From contig JAMOQH010000172.1 in assembly GCA_027064085.1 (NCBI GenBank), positions 5,088 through 69,087 on the forward strand: DNA of 64,000 nt, read 5' to 3'. Numbering within the stretch: position 1 is the first letter of the stretch; each line of letters starts with the position of its first letter. Shown here piece by piece: positions 39,782 through 50,228 of the stretch. A program made the position numbers and the translations under genes. The notes under the pieces were generated by a model. That model saw only the letters and a list, made by a program, of their open reading frames with translations. It had not been told where the DNA came from and ran no database searches. This stretch comes from a bacterium. GTDB taxonomy: Bacteria; UBP6; JAFGXH01.

Positions 39782-41254
39782 TTATTTAATTAATTCTATG
39801 ATTAACATTCTTGTATATTTGTTGTTTTCATTTAAAATAATACCCTTAAAGCTTTTTTTAATTGCAATATCTGCACCTAAGAATATTATTATATTATTTT
39901 TATATAGTGTGTGGCTAATACTGCTTAATTTAGAGATAATAATTATAGCGTTTTTTATGTTTTTAGGTATATATTTTAAATAACTAATTTTATTATTTTT
40001 CTTAAAAGACTTAATATTGGAGTAAATAATTTTATTTTTTAAATCTTTTTTTTCTATATTTTGATATCTAATTCCTTTTTTATAAACAAACATTAAAAAT
40101 TTGTCTATAGTAGATTTAGTAGGATGAGGAATTACCTTATCCTTATTATGGTTTTTATTGTATAAAAACCTCATTTTAACCTTTAATATTCTAAAAAGTT
40201 TTTCATCTATTAACTTTTCTGTGATTTTTTTCTTTTTTACTGCCTTTTCTATAAATTCTACAGCTCTTTTTACATTTTTTAAATCCCAGTTTATCGTTAC
40301 AACATCAACTTCACCCTGCAGAGCAAGTAAAGTCGCTTTTTCTAATCCATAAGTTTTTAATATCGCCATCATTTCTAGGCCATCTGTAAAAATAATTCCC
40401 TTGTAATTTAATTTTTTTCTTAAAATACCATTTAGAACTTTTTTTGATAAAGTTGCTGGATATTTATAGTCTATATTTGCAAAAATTACATGTGAACTCA
40501 TTACTACATTAACTAAATGATTGTCTATAGCTGTTTTAAATGGTAATAAATCTCTTTTAAATAAAAGCTTGGTTTTTATTTTAGAGTAGGGGAGGGTTTT
40601 GTGAGTATCTTGCTTTATACTACCTTGTCCTGGAAAATGTTTTATTACTGCAATTACTCCGTTTTTTTGTAAAGATTTTATATAAATAGATACTAGTTTG
40701 GCTACTTTTTTTGTATTCTCTCCAAATGATCTATCAAAAATTGCTTTATTTTTATATGTGCTGAGTATATCTGCTACAGGTGCAATATTTAGATTTATTC
40801 CTACTGATAATAAATCTTTTGCAGTATATTCTCCAACTTTTTTAACTATTTCCTCATCATTAAGTTTACCCATTAAATATGGAGATGGGGGTAAAAAATT
40901 ACCTTTTTTATATCTTGTTATTCTACCACCTTCTTGGTCAACTGAAATAAACATAGGAATTTTAGAAATATTTTGTAATTCTTTAGTAAAAGCTCTAAGT
41001 TGTTTTTTTGATTTTATATTATAATTAAATAAAGTAATGCCTCCTATTTGATATTTTTCTATGAATTTTTTATATTCTGGTTTTAAATTTTTGCCAACAA
41101 TAGCAATGTTAAATAATTGTCCAATTTTTTCTTGTATAGTCATTTTAGATATGATGTTTTTTATTTGAAGGTCAGTCACCGACTTATCCCTACCGTCGGT
41201 TGCAAATAGCTCTAAAGTTATAAAAAATATTAGTATTGTAATAAATAATTTCAT
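39782..41254 (-). CDS. Glycoside hydrolase family 3, beta-N-acetylhexosaminidase (NagZ-like), exported
   Basis: SVDQEGG, APVAD, RSFG, KHFPGQG....DTH, FTDGLEM; ATG after AGGAG with signal peptide. Confidence 0.88.
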   Translation of the reverse strand: MKLFITILIFFITLELFATDGRDKSVTDLQIKNIISKMTIQEKIGQLFNIAIVGKNLKPEYKKFIEKYQIGGITLFNYNIKSKKQLRAFTKELQNISKIPMFISVDQEGGRITRYKKGNFLPPSPYLMGKLNDEEIVKKVGEYTAKDLLSVGINLNIAPVADILSTYKNKAIFDRSFGENTKKVAKLVSIYIKSLQKNGVIAVIKHFPGQGSIKQDTHKTLPYSKIKTKLLFKRDLLPFKTAIDNHLVNVVMSSHVIFANIDYKYPATLSKKVLNGILRKKLNYKGIIFTDGLEMMAILKTYGLEKATLLALQGEVDVVTINWDLKNVKRAVEFIEKAVKKKKITEKLIDEKLFRILKVKMRFLYNKNHNKDKVIPHPTKSTIDKFLMFVYKKGIRYQNIEKKDLKNKIIYSNIKSFKKNNKISYLKYIPKNIKNAIIIISKLSSISHTLYKNNIIIFLGADIAIKKSFKGIILNENNKYTRMLIIELIK

Positions 41255-41334
41255 AAAAAAACTCCTATAGCTTCGTAATTTATAATAAATCAACAATTAT
41301 GTCAACTATTTCTATAGACTGTTAGTTTATGTTT

Positions 41335-42915
41335 TTATTTATATTCAATTTTGCAGTATTTTTTTGTACTTGTATTATAAATTGTTTTACAATTAGAAAA
41401 GAAATCTTCCGTATCTAATTGATTGCTTATTTCTACTCTTGTTATCTTATAGTTATCAGTTAATTTTTTTAAACCATTAATTCCCAGAAATGTGTCTTTG
41501 ATATTAAAGCCATCAGTTAGATTTAAACCTTCAGGAATATAAGTAGAAGGAAGTGAGACTCCTTCTTCTAAACCTTTTGGAAAAGCATATAGTTTAAAAA
41601 ATGGTAATCTATTTTGTATTACTTGAGCGTTTTTACCTCTCAAAGCTTTAGGGGCTAAGTTTTCTAGATTATATAGGCTAAATGGCCCCACATATTCCAA
41701 ATAAAATTCATCATAAAGCTCACTATTGACTTTATAGTAAATTCTTATAGTACCTTCTGGTGGTTTTATTGTTTTATCATTACTTTTAATGAGTTTATCT
41801 AAATTAAAACCAGCTATAAAAAAATTACCATAGTACGCTTCATTATAGGGGGCTCCATCTAAGGACTCTTTTTTAGCGAATTTAGGGCTACTTATACTTG
41901 TAACTGCTATACCATTAGGTATCTTTTCAATATCTTCTTTTGAATAAATTTTTATATCGCTAACTATATTAACTCCTGGTAGTAAATTACCAGATTGTGT
42001 TGTAAAGCAATTTGAATTAAATATATTATTACAATTTAAAGTTACTTCACTACCACACATTTTAGAACCTTCTTCTTTATAGTATTTATAACATGAATAT
42101 TCTTTTTCTATATTTGTATGATTTTTTATGTTTTCAAATTCTTGATATTCTTTTCCTACAATGCTAAAACCTATTTTATCTCCTTGAATTGCTGTTAGAA
42201 GTAGATTAAAGTATTCTTTTTTATGTATTTCCCGGTACTTTACCTGAAAGATACCATAAATAGAACTTAAATTAAAAAAACCATTTGAATTTGTACTTTT
42301 AGTAAGTTTTAAGCTGTACTGAAGTTTATCATTTATATATGCAGGGTAGGCTGTTACTTCTGCTCCGACTTTTTTATTATTAGAGCCTAAAAAAACATTT
42401 CCTTTTATGTTAACAACTGGTTTTAGCTCTATAGGGTCATAATCTTTTCCTTTTTTTACATCAATTAGTTTTCCACCTGTAAACATTAGATTTGTATTTA
42501 TGTCATTATTCTTAACTATTTTATCAAGTGGACTTCCTATTTGAACAAGTAATATTCTTTTTTTACCTTCTTCAAGTAGTGCATTAAATGAAATGTCTAA
42601 GACTTTTTTTAAATTTTTATTTTTAATTATTTGTGATTGTGGGGCAATGATATTAAATTCTTTATGTTGCTTAGTTGGGGTTATAACATGAAGTTTAACT
42701 GATACATTGTCATCATCAAATTGTTCTAACAAGGCATTGGGAATATAAAAATTTGTAAAATCCGGTAATTTATTTATATCTATATTATTTAGATTTTCAT
42801 TGCTATTGTTTGTTCTTATCGGTAAGCTTGCTTTAATTGTTATTTCTCCATCATTTTCACATGAAAAGAAAAATAAGTTTGTAATTATGAATATAAATAT
42901 TATTAAAATTTTCAT
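41335..42915 (-). CDS. Hypothetical lipoprotein
   Basis: Lipobox FFSC; 526-aa ORF starting 1 nt after the FecR-like gene. Confidence 0.7.
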   Translation of the reverse strand: MKILIIFIFIITNLFFFSCENDGEITIKASLPIRTNNSNENLNNIDINKLPDFTNFYIPNALLEQFDDDNVSVKLHVITPTKQHKEFNIIAPQSQIIKNKNLKKVLDISFNALLEEGKKRILLVQIGSPLDKIVKNNDINTNLMFTGGKLIDVKKGKDYDPIELKPVVNIKGNVFLGSNNKKVGAEVTAYPAYINDKLQYSLKLTKSTNSNGFFNLSSIYGIFQVKYREIHKKEYFNLLLTAIQGDKIGFSIVGKEYQEFENIKNHTNIEKEYSCYKYYKEEGSKMCGSEVTLNCNNIFNSNCFTTQSGNLLPGVNIVSDIKIYSKEDIEKIPNGIAVTSISSPKFAKKESLDGAPYNEAYYGNFFIAGFNLDKLIKSNDKTIKPPEGTIRIYYKVNSELYDEFYLEYVGPFSLYNLENLAPKALRGKNAQVIQNRLPFFKLYAFPKGLEEGVSLPSTYIPEGLNLTDGFNIKDTFLGINGLKKLTDNYKITRVEISNQLDTEDFFSNCKTIYNTSTKKYCKIEYK

Positions 42916-42916
42916 G

Positions 42917-43765
42917 TTATTCTCCTTTAATATCAGCGTTTATTTGAGCTCTTATCTTTCTTGGTGCAAAATAACCTCGTTTAAAAATATTTTTCATTCT
43001 TTTTCTTATTAATCTTAATTTGTTTTTTATATTTTTTCTATGTCTTCTAAGATTTTTAAGATTAATTTTATTTTTATTTAATAATTTTTTAAAGTTAATA
43101 TTTTTTAATAATTTACTATAATCTAATTTTAATTTAATCATTGTTGGAATGTTTAATTGAGAAGTTAATCTTTTAAAATCTTCTTTTGTTGCTTTATTGG
43201 GATTTATGACAGGAAGGTTTCCTATTGTTTTCAGAAGATCATTTTTACCTAGAAGAATAAATTGTTTAGTTTCATCTAAGGGATTTATAACTTCAACAGA
43301 ACCAGATAAAACAAGTATTTCACTTTCATTTGTTGTTTCTGTTGATACAATAAATTCAGTTCCCCGCACTCCAACTGTAGCAGTTTCTGTTTTTACTTTA
43401 AAATTTCTATTTTTAGAAGAAAGTTTGGCTACTAATAATTTAACTCTACCACCAAATAGATTTAAAACAGAATTCCTCTCTTTCTTTTTTTTATTATATT
43501 TGTAGTTTTCTATTTTAAATTGAGACTTTGGTGCAACATAAATAATAGAGTTATCTATAAATGCTATTTTAATTCTAGATTTATGTGATGTTTTTAATGT
43601 ATCACCGCTTTCTATTGAATCTGTCATTTTTAATTTTTTAAAATTGGAATCTCCTTTTTTGATGAAAGCTCTTCCTTCTAAACTTATTATTTTACCAACT
43701 GAATTACTTGCTGATATAGAAATACTGACTCCTAAAATCAAAAATAATATAGATAATAATTTCAT
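42917..43765 (-). CDS. FecR-domain exported protein
   Basis: GDTLKT...SRIKIAFIDNS, FKVKTETATVGVRGTEF, VLSGSVEV. Confidence 0.85.
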   Translation of the reverse strand: MKLLSILFLILGVSISISASNSVGKIISLEGRAFIKKGDSNFKKLKMTDSIESGDTLKTSHKSRIKIAFIDNSIIYVAPKSQFKIENYKYNKKKKERNSVLNLFGGRVKLLVAKLSSKNRNFKVKTETATVGVRGTEFIVSTETTNESEILVLSGSVEVINPLDETKQFILLGKNDLLKTIGNLPVINPNKATKEDFKRLTSQLNIPTMIKLKLDYSKLLKNINFKKLLNKNKINLKNLRRHRKNIKNKLRLIRKRMKNIFKRGYFAPRKIRAQINADIKGE

Positions 43766-43831
43766 ATTTCCTCCTTTTCCTACTACTTAATTACACTTTA
43801 ACATAAAAAATATTAAAAATCTGTGATAAAA

Positions 43832-45463
43832 TCACATTGTAAAATTAAAATATAATGAAACTAAATGTTTATTATAACTAAACTCGGTCAGAGATGATTT
43901 ATTTTTATTAAAGTGATAGGATAAATCTATATTAATATTATCTTTAATTTCAAAAATAATATTTCCACCTGCTTTAATAAACTGATCATCTCTTGAACTA
44001 TCTTTATATCCTTTTTGTTCAAATTTAATATCTGATGTGACTTCTAAGAAATTTAAAAATCTAAATGATAATTTTGCCGAACCTAAAAAACCATTGTAGC
44101 TAAATAAATCCCCTGTTGTTTTGCTTCCAATATAACCAGTAGCTAATTGAATGATAAAGCTATTTGTAACGGGTAAAGATGTTGATAATATTGAATTAAA
44201 ATACTTACCATCTTGTGAAATTTTTTCTTCTAATTCTTTTTCTTCACTATTATAGTTTTCAAAGCTTAATGAAGAATAAATACCTAGTTCAATAGCGTTT
44301 TCAAACTTATAAAAGATATTAAAATTAGTTCTTATTGCTTTTGAGTAAAAACCAAAGTCATTTATTGGATTTGTCCAATTGTAATCATAACCAGCTAATA
44401 ATAAAAATTTTAATACATTATTTTTTGAAAAGTAATTATGGTACTCATATCCAATAAAAGCAGATGCGTTTATTGTATCATAAACTTGTGGGTCGAATAA
44501 GTTGTCAATTGCTTTTGGATAATGCAAAGCCATAAAGTTATTGAGGTTTAATATTATAGAGTGTTTATTTAGATTTAATGGGTAAAAATATAGTGAAATA
44601 TAGTTCTCATCTCTAGCTCCCATTGCGGTTATTTCAGGGTTGTCATCTGAGGTGGGTATTCCTGGTAAGTCACTATTATATTGTGCTGAAAATGGTGGTT
44701 GTGATATAATATTAGAATCAAATACAAGTCCATTTGTTAAACTAATGTTATACCATGACGAGTATTTACCAAAGTTTTCATTTTTATCAATTATTTTTAA
44801 TGCATTAATAGATATTTCTTTAAGTTCTTTTAGTAAATTATTTTCTTTTAGTAATTTGTTAAAATAAATTTTTGAATTTTTATTGTCATTTAATTTAAAA
44901 TATGAAAAGGCTATCATAAAGAGCTTTTCAGGTTCTAAATTTTTATTTTTATCATTTATTTGATATTTCTTAGCATAGTTAACAACTTTATGATATTCTC
45001 CTGTATTAAAATATAATCTAGCAATCAATATATACAAATCGTTGTCTATATTTTTTTCTTCATTTATTAAAATTGCATAAGTTTTAGCTTTTTCAAAATC
45101 TCCAAGTTGTATGAATAGTGATAACAATAATTTTAGTATTTCCAGATTTTGATTATCTTTTTCAAAAACTTCAGAAAGAAATCTTACTCCATCTTTTAAG
45201 GCCTCTTTTTCACCTTTTTGGGTTTGACCTATAATTATTTTACAGTATGCAAGATATTTTAAAATTTTATCTCTTTCTCCACCAAGATTAATATAATCCT
45301 CAAAGTCTTTTATTGCTCCTGTTCCATCATCCCTTAGGCAAATATTCTTTTCAAATGCATCCATTCCTTTAGAAAGAATTATATCTAATCTCTCTTTTTT
45401 TTGAGAAGTTGCGAAAACACTTATTGTAATTAGAAAAAATAGTAGCGTTATTATAAGTTTCAT
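43832..45463 (-). CDS. TPR + C-terminal outer-membrane beta-barrel protein (Slam/DUF560-like architecture)
   Basis: Signal peptide, TPR helices, barrel starting at FDSNI, terminal strands NKSS..FSYNKHLVSLYFNFTM. Confidence 0.7.
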   Translation of the reverse strand: MKLIITLLFFLITISVFATSQKKERLDIILSKGMDAFEKNICLRDDGTGAIKDFEDYINLGGERDKILKYLAYCKIIIGQTQKGEKEALKDGVRFLSEVFEKDNQNLEILKLLLSLFIQLGDFEKAKTYAILINEEKNIDNDLYILIARLYFNTGEYHKVVNYAKKYQINDKNKNLEPEKLFMIAFSYFKLNDNKNSKIYFNKLLKENNLLKELKEISINALKIIDKNENFGKYSSWYNISLTNGLVFDSNIISQPPFSAQYNSDLPGIPTSDDNPEITAMGARDENYISLYFYPLNLNKHSIILNLNNFMALHYPKAIDNLFDPQVYDTINASAFIGYEYHNYFSKNNVLKFLLLAGYDYNWTNPINDFGFYSKAIRTNFNIFYKFENAIELGIYSSLSFENYNSEEKELEEKISQDGKYFNSILSTSLPVTNSFIIQLATGYIGSKTTGDLFSYNGFLGSAKLSFRFLNFLEVTSDIKFEQKGYKDSSRDDQFIKAGGNIIFEIKDNINIDLSYHFNKNKSSLTEFSYNKHLVSLYFNFTM

Positions 45464-45642
45464 ACATACTCCAATTAAAGATAAATTATAATATCGTATT
45501 TTAAATTTTTTATCAAATAATTTTTACTTGTGCTAAGAAGAGTTTTTTTTAATAAAAATCTTAAAAATAACAGAAAAACTTCTTTATTGAGAATTACTTT
45601 CTTTTATGGTATAAATAATTTGGTTATTTTATGGAGATTTTT

Positions 45643-46533
45643 GTGAATAAAGTATTAAATTTTCAAGAGATGATATTAAAGCTCTTATCCTTTTGGGCAG
45701 AAAATGGTTGTGTGGTTTTACAACCTTATGATATGGAAGTGGGTGCCGGCACTTTTCATCAAGCAACATATCTAAAGGTTTTAGGGCCTGAGCCTTGGAA
45801 TACTGTATATGTTCAGCCATCTCGAAGACCATCTGATGGTCGTTATGGAGAAAACCCAAATAGAATGCAACATTTTTATCAATTACAAGTAATAATGAAG
45901 CCTTCTCCTCAAAATATTCAAGAGTTGTATCTAGAATCATTGAGAGCAATTGGTATATATCCGGAAAAACATGATATTAGATTTATAGAAGATAACTGGG
46001 AATCTCCAACTCTTGGGGCATGGGGGCTTGGTTGGGAAGTTTGGGCAGATGGAATGGAAATTACACAGTTTACATATTTTCAGCAAGCTGGTGGCTTTGA
46101 ATTATCGCCTGTACCGGTTGAGATAACTTATGGTTTAGAGAGAATTGCAATGTATTTACAAAATGTAAATAGTGTTTATGATTTAAAATGGAATGATGAG
46201 CTAACTTATGGTGATATCTTTCATCATAATGAAGTTGAATATTCAAAATTTAATTTTGAATTATCTGATACTGATTTAAACTTTAATCTTTTTAATCAAT
46301 TTGAAGCAGAAGCACTTGCATTACTAGAAGCGGATAGTCCTTTGCCTGCTTATGATTATTGCATGAAGTGTTCACATGTTTTTAATTTATTAGATGCAAG
46401 AGGTGCAATTTCTGTTACAGAAAGGCAAAGATATATTCTTAGAGTTAGAAATTTAGCTAAAAAGAGTGCAGAAGGATATTTAAAACAAAGAGAAGAAATG
46501 GGATTCCCTCTTTTAAAATCAGGAGTTAAGTAA
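45643..46533 (+). CDS. glyQ: Glycine--tRNA ligase alpha subunit
   Basis: [55 protein letters not shown]; GTG start after GGAG. Confidence 0.98.
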   Translation: MNKVLNFQEMILKLLSFWAENGCVVLQPYDMEVGAGTFHQATYLKVLGPEPWNTVYVQPSRRPSDGRYGENPNRMQHFYQLQVIMKPSPQNIQELYLESLRAIGIYPEKHDIRFIEDNWESPTLGAWGLGWEVWADGMEITQFTYFQQAGGFELSPVPVEITYGLERIAMYLQNVNSVYDLKWNDELTYGDIFHHNEVEYSKFNFELSDTDLNFNLFNQFEAEALALLEADSPLPAYDYCMKCSHVFNLLDARGAISVTERQRYILRVRNLAKKSAEGYLKQREEMGFPLLKSGVK

Positions 46534-47213
46534 TGGTAGATGTTAAAAATAGAATTAATAGTTATTATTTTTTAATGCCAAGAAAAAAAGATATATTAAG
46601 CTTTACAGAAGCTTTTTTAGATTACCCTTACATTAATGACTTCACCGTATCATATTCAGAGGTTCTTATTAATATGTTTCCTGATTATTTTGATATAGAT
46701 AAAATATATTCGCCAAATGTAAATCCGATTGATATTTTAATTGAAATACTTGAAAAGTTTTATTTAGACAAAAATAATTTCTCATTACTTTCAGAAAAAA
46801 TTAATGATGAACTAAATTTGAAATATAATGATTTTAGTGATGAGTTTAAATATAAAAATTCAATATTGTTTTCTATTGAGTTCAAGGCAAAACCTCTATA
46901 TTCCTTTCATCCTAAAGAAAGGGATTTGGTTTTAAAAAAGCAAGATTTTTTTGGTATTTCTACTGAGATTGAATTAGAAAAAGAAGAAGGGACTTCTGAT
47001 ATAAGTACTAATTTATATTCTGGTTGGATTGATTTTAGAGCTCATGATATTTTAAATGAAACAATTAAAGCAAGAACTATAAGTAAATTACCTAAAACAG
47101 CAGGGATTTTAGAGGTTGTTGTTAATTCTGAATTTATTGCCTTGTTTGATCATATTTTTGCTAAATTTCAAAATGATTCAGGATTTATTCACTTAGAAGT
47201 AGAGCCATTCTAA
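46533..47213 (+). CDS. Hypothetical protein
   Basis: 226-aa ORF coupled to glyQ by TAATG overlap; no motif recognised. Confidence 0.65.
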   Translation: MVDVKNRINSYYFLMPRKKDILSFTEAFLDYPYINDFTVSYSEVLINMFPDYFDIDKIYSPNVNPIDILIEILEKFYLDKNNFSLLSEKINDELNLKYNDFSDEFKYKNSILFSIEFKAKPLYSFHPKERDLVLKKQDFFGISTEIELEKEEGTSDISTNLYSGWIDFRAHDILNETIKARTISKLPKTAGILEVVVNSEFIALFDHIFAKFQNDSGFIHLEVEPF

Positions 47214-47222
47214 AGGAGGATT

Positions 47223-47573
47223 ATGTTTATTGTTATTCCAACAAATGATAGAATTAATATAGAGCAAAAAAGTGGTAGAGCAAAGGAATTTGCTATTTTT
47301 GATTTGAATAATTTAAATAATGTTATTTTTAAAGAAAATTCTCATAAACATCATGATCATACAGATGGGCATCATGAGCATAGTCATAAAACTATAATTG
47401 ATATGTTTAGAGAAAATAATGTTGAAATCTTAATTGTTGATGTTGTTGGTAAACATTTTAAAAAAGATTTACTTGAGGCTAATATTAAGATATATAAAAC
47501 AAAGTTAAAAAACTTAATAGAAATTGCTTCTAGTTTTAAGAATGATATAAATGATTTTGAAGTTTTAGGATAG
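47223..47573 (+). CDS. NifB/NifX-family (FeMo-cofactor-binding-like) protein with His-rich insert
   Basis: IVIPT..GRAKEFAIFD..EN-HKHHDHTDGHHEHSH..VEILIV..VG. Confidence 0.75.
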   Translation: MFIVIPTNDRINIEQKSGRAKEFAIFDLNNLNNVIFKENSHKHHDHTDGHHEHSHKTIIDMFRENNVEILIVDVVGKHFKKDLLEANIKIYKTKLKNLIEIASSFKNDINDFEVLG

Positions 47574-47575
47574 TT

Positions 47576-48190
47576 ATGAACATTTTATTAACTATAGTTG
47601 GTATTTTTTCTTTTTTATTGATTATCTCCTGTGGTGATAGTTCAAAAACTGAATCTAAAAAAGAGTGTAACCCTAAATGTAATACATGGCAAATTTGTGA
47701 TAGTAGTCAAAAATGTATTCTTTTAGCGGGAAGGTGTTCTGATGACTTAGATTGCAAAGATAATACGGAGAATAAAACTATTTGTGATTTAAGTAAACAT
47801 GAATGCATAGAAAAAGTTTTGACATGTAATGAAAATAAAAAAGCATCTGATTTTAAATTAGCTAAAGATGAATGTGGTGAATTAACCAAATGCGATGATA
47901 GTTATGATTGTGCTGATAATCAAAGATGTGAAAATTTATTTATAGAAGGTGATACAAATAATTACACTCAACCATGTTGTATTGAAGGTTTAAGAGGCTG
48001 TAAAAAAGTTGGTGAGCCTTGTGAAAATGAATTTGATTGTGAAAGTGGTTTATGTATAGCTCGAGGAGATGATGAACAACACTATTGTTCTAAAAAATGT
48101 GAGCCAGAAGATAATGATTGTCCTAATCCTATTACTGAGTGTGCTGATTTATGGGTCTTAAATGCTTGTGTTGTGCCTAAATCCAAATAA
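47576..48190 (+). CDS. Cys-rich lipoprotein
   Basis: Lipobox IISC; GEPC....DCESGLC..YCSKKC repeat typical of myxobacterial surface proteins. Confidence 0.8.
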   Translation: MNILLTIVGIFSFLLIISCGDSSKTESKKECNPKCNTWQICDSSQKCILLAGRCSDDLDCKDNTENKTICDLSKHECIEKVLTCNENKKASDFKLAKDECGELTKCDDSYDCADNQRCENLFIEGDTNNYTQPCCIEGLRGCKKVGEPCENEFDCESGLCIARGDDEQHYCSKKCEPEDNDCPNPITECADLWVLNACVVPKSK

Positions 48191-48243
48191 TGTTAAATTA
48201 ATAAAATTTATTATATCCAATTTGAAAATTTCTAGGAGTTAAA

Positions 48244-50115
48244 ATGTTACCTTTATATAAAGAATACGATGTAATTGTTGTTGGTGCAGGTCATGCAGGA
48301 GTTGAAGCTGCTCTTATTTCTGCTAAAATGGGAGTAAAAACACTACTTCTAACAATAAATTTAGATACTATCGCTTTAATGCCATGTAATCCTGCTATCG
48401 GCGGGATAGGAAAAGGACAATTAGTGAAAGAAATTGATGCTCTCGGTGGAGAAATGGCAAAGGCTATAGATAAAACGGGTATTCAATTTAGAATTCTTAA
48501 TGAAAAAAAAGGTCCTGCAGTGAGGTCTTCAAGAGCTCAAGCTGATAAGCAGTTATATAGATTATACATGAAGTCTATTGTTGAAAACCAAGAAAATTTA
48601 GATGTCAAACAAGATAGAGTTAGTGATATAATAATAGAAAATACTAAAATAAAAGGAATTAAAACCTCTTTGGGTATCACTTTTAAAGCTAAGACAGTTA
48701 TATTAACAACAGGGACATTTTTAAAAGGTTTGATTCATATTGGACGAAATAACTTTTCGGGAGGAAGAACGGGGGAATTACCTGCAAATAAACTTTCTGA
48801 TTCTTTAAGTTTTTATGGATTAGACATAGGAAGATTAAAAACAGGGACAACTCCTCGTTTAGATGCTAGAACTATAGATTTTTCAAAGCTGCAAGAACAA
48901 AAGGGAGATATTAATCCTCAACCATTTTCATTTTATACAAAAAGTGTTAATCAAAAACAAATTTCTTGTTTTATAACTTATACTAATCCTTTAACTCATG
49001 AATTAATTAGTAATGATTTAGATAATTCACCACTTTTTGCAGGAATAATAAAAGGAGTTGGCCCTAGATATTGCCCTTCTATTGAAGATAAAGTAGTTAG
49101 ATTTCCAGAAAAGGAAAAACATCAGGTGTTTTTAGAGCCTGAAGGTTATAATACAAGAGAAATTTATCCAAATGGGCTTTCTACATCTTTACCCTATGAA
49201 ACTCAAATAAAATACTTAAGATCTGTTTCTGGGCTTGAGAAAGTAGAAATAATGAGGCCTGGTTATGCCATAGAATATGATTATGTTGATCCTCGTCAAT
49301 TAAAACATAATTTTGAAACAAAAACTGTTTCAGGGTTGTTTTTAGCTGGACAAATAAATGGAACTAGTGGTTATGAAGAAGCAGGGGCTCAAGGTATTAT
49401 GGCGGGCATTAACGCAGCCTTAAAAGTAAAGGGGGAAGATTCTTTTATTTTAGGAAGAGAAGAAGCATATATTGGTGTTATGATAGATGACTTAGTAACA
49501 AAAGGTTTAGATGAACCATATAGAATGTTTACTTCAAGGGCTGAGCATAGGCTTTTACTAAGAGAAGATAATACTATATTTAGATTATATAAACATAGTT
49601 ATAGATTAGGTTTAATGACTAAAGAAACTTATGAGTATGTAACATCTTTAGAAGAAAATATTAAAAACATTGAAAATACCCTCAAATCTGAAAAGATTAA
49701 TCCAACTAAAGAAAATATTACATATTTTAAAGATAATAACTTTGGAGATTTAGGAACAGTTACCTTTTTAGATAGATTCTTAAGGAGGGGGAATATAAAG
49801 TTTGATGATATAGCTAAGTTTTCTTCTATAAATGTTGATGATATTAGCGATTTAGTTAAAAAACAAGTTGAAATCGATGTTAAATATGAGGGGTATATTA
49901 AAAGAGAATTAGAGGAAATTGCAAGAAATAAGAAAGTTGAAAATATTAAAATTCCAGAATCTTTAGATATTAAAAGTTTAAATTCATTAACTACAGAAGT
50001 AAAAGAGAAGTTATTAAATAGAAAACCTCAGACAATTGGTCAGGCTATGAGATTACCAGGAATAACACCTGCAGCTATATCTGTTTTACTGATTGCAATA
50101 AAAAGAATTTCATAA
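48244..50115 (+). CDS. mnmG: tRNA uridine-5-carboxymethylaminomethyl modification enzyme MnmG (GidA)
   Basis: VVGAGHAGVEAA, MPCNPAIGG, RLKTGTTPR, GPRYCPSIEDK, AGQINGTSGYEEA. Confidence 0.98.
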   Translation: MLPLYKEYDVIVVGAGHAGVEAALISAKMGVKTLLLTINLDTIALMPCNPAIGGIGKGQLVKEIDALGGEMAKAIDKTGIQFRILNEKKGPAVRSSRAQADKQLYRLYMKSIVENQENLDVKQDRVSDIIIENTKIKGIKTSLGITFKAKTVILTTGTFLKGLIHIGRNNFSGGRTGELPANKLSDSLSFYGLDIGRLKTGTTPRLDARTIDFSKLQEQKGDINPQPFSFYTKSVNQKQISCFITYTNPLTHELISNDLDNSPLFAGIIKGVGPRYCPSIEDKVVRFPEKEKHQVFLEPEGYNTREIYPNGLSTSLPYETQIKYLRSVSGLEKVEIMRPGYAIEYDYVDPRQLKHNFETKTVSGLFLAGQINGTSGYEEAGAQGIMAGINAALKVKGEDSFILGREEAYIGVMIDDLVTKGLDEPYRMFTSRAEHRLLLREDNTIFRLYKHSYRLGLMTKETYEYVTSLEENIKNIENTLKSEKINPTKENITYFKDNNFGDLGTVTFLDRFLRRGNIKFDDIAKFSSINVDDISDLVKKQVEIDVKYEGYIKRELEEIARNKKVENIKIPESLDIKSLNSLTTEVKEKLLNRKPQTIGQAMRLPGITPAAISVLLIAIKRIS

Positions 50116-50179
50116 TTAGATAAACTATTTCACAATAACTATTAAATATTAATTAAATTATACAAAATGCTTATGTATA

Positions 50180-50196
50180 AAGGAAAAAATATTGCT
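50180..50196 (+). promoter_or_regulatory. Putative sigma54 (-24/-12) promoter of the pilin gene
   Basis: aaGGaaaaaatatTGCt: GG (50182-83)-N10-GC (50194-95) with TTGCT; -24 flank is degenerate. Confidence 0.5.
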
Positions 50197-50228
50197 TGAT
50201 ATATTAGTGAGTTTTATTTGAGGGGATT

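Noticed and set aside
40620-40645. GH3 motif reads KHFPGQG instead of KHFPGHG, possible inactive enzyme
   Set aside because: The catalytic Asp-x-His dyad (DTH) and the nucleophile Asp (FTDGL) are retained, so there is no ground to call a pseudoenzyme.
43823-43837. TGTGA-taaaa-TCACA palindrome resembling a CRP site
   Set aside because: Spacer is 5 rather than 6 nt and it overlaps a stop codon; a single instance is insufficient.
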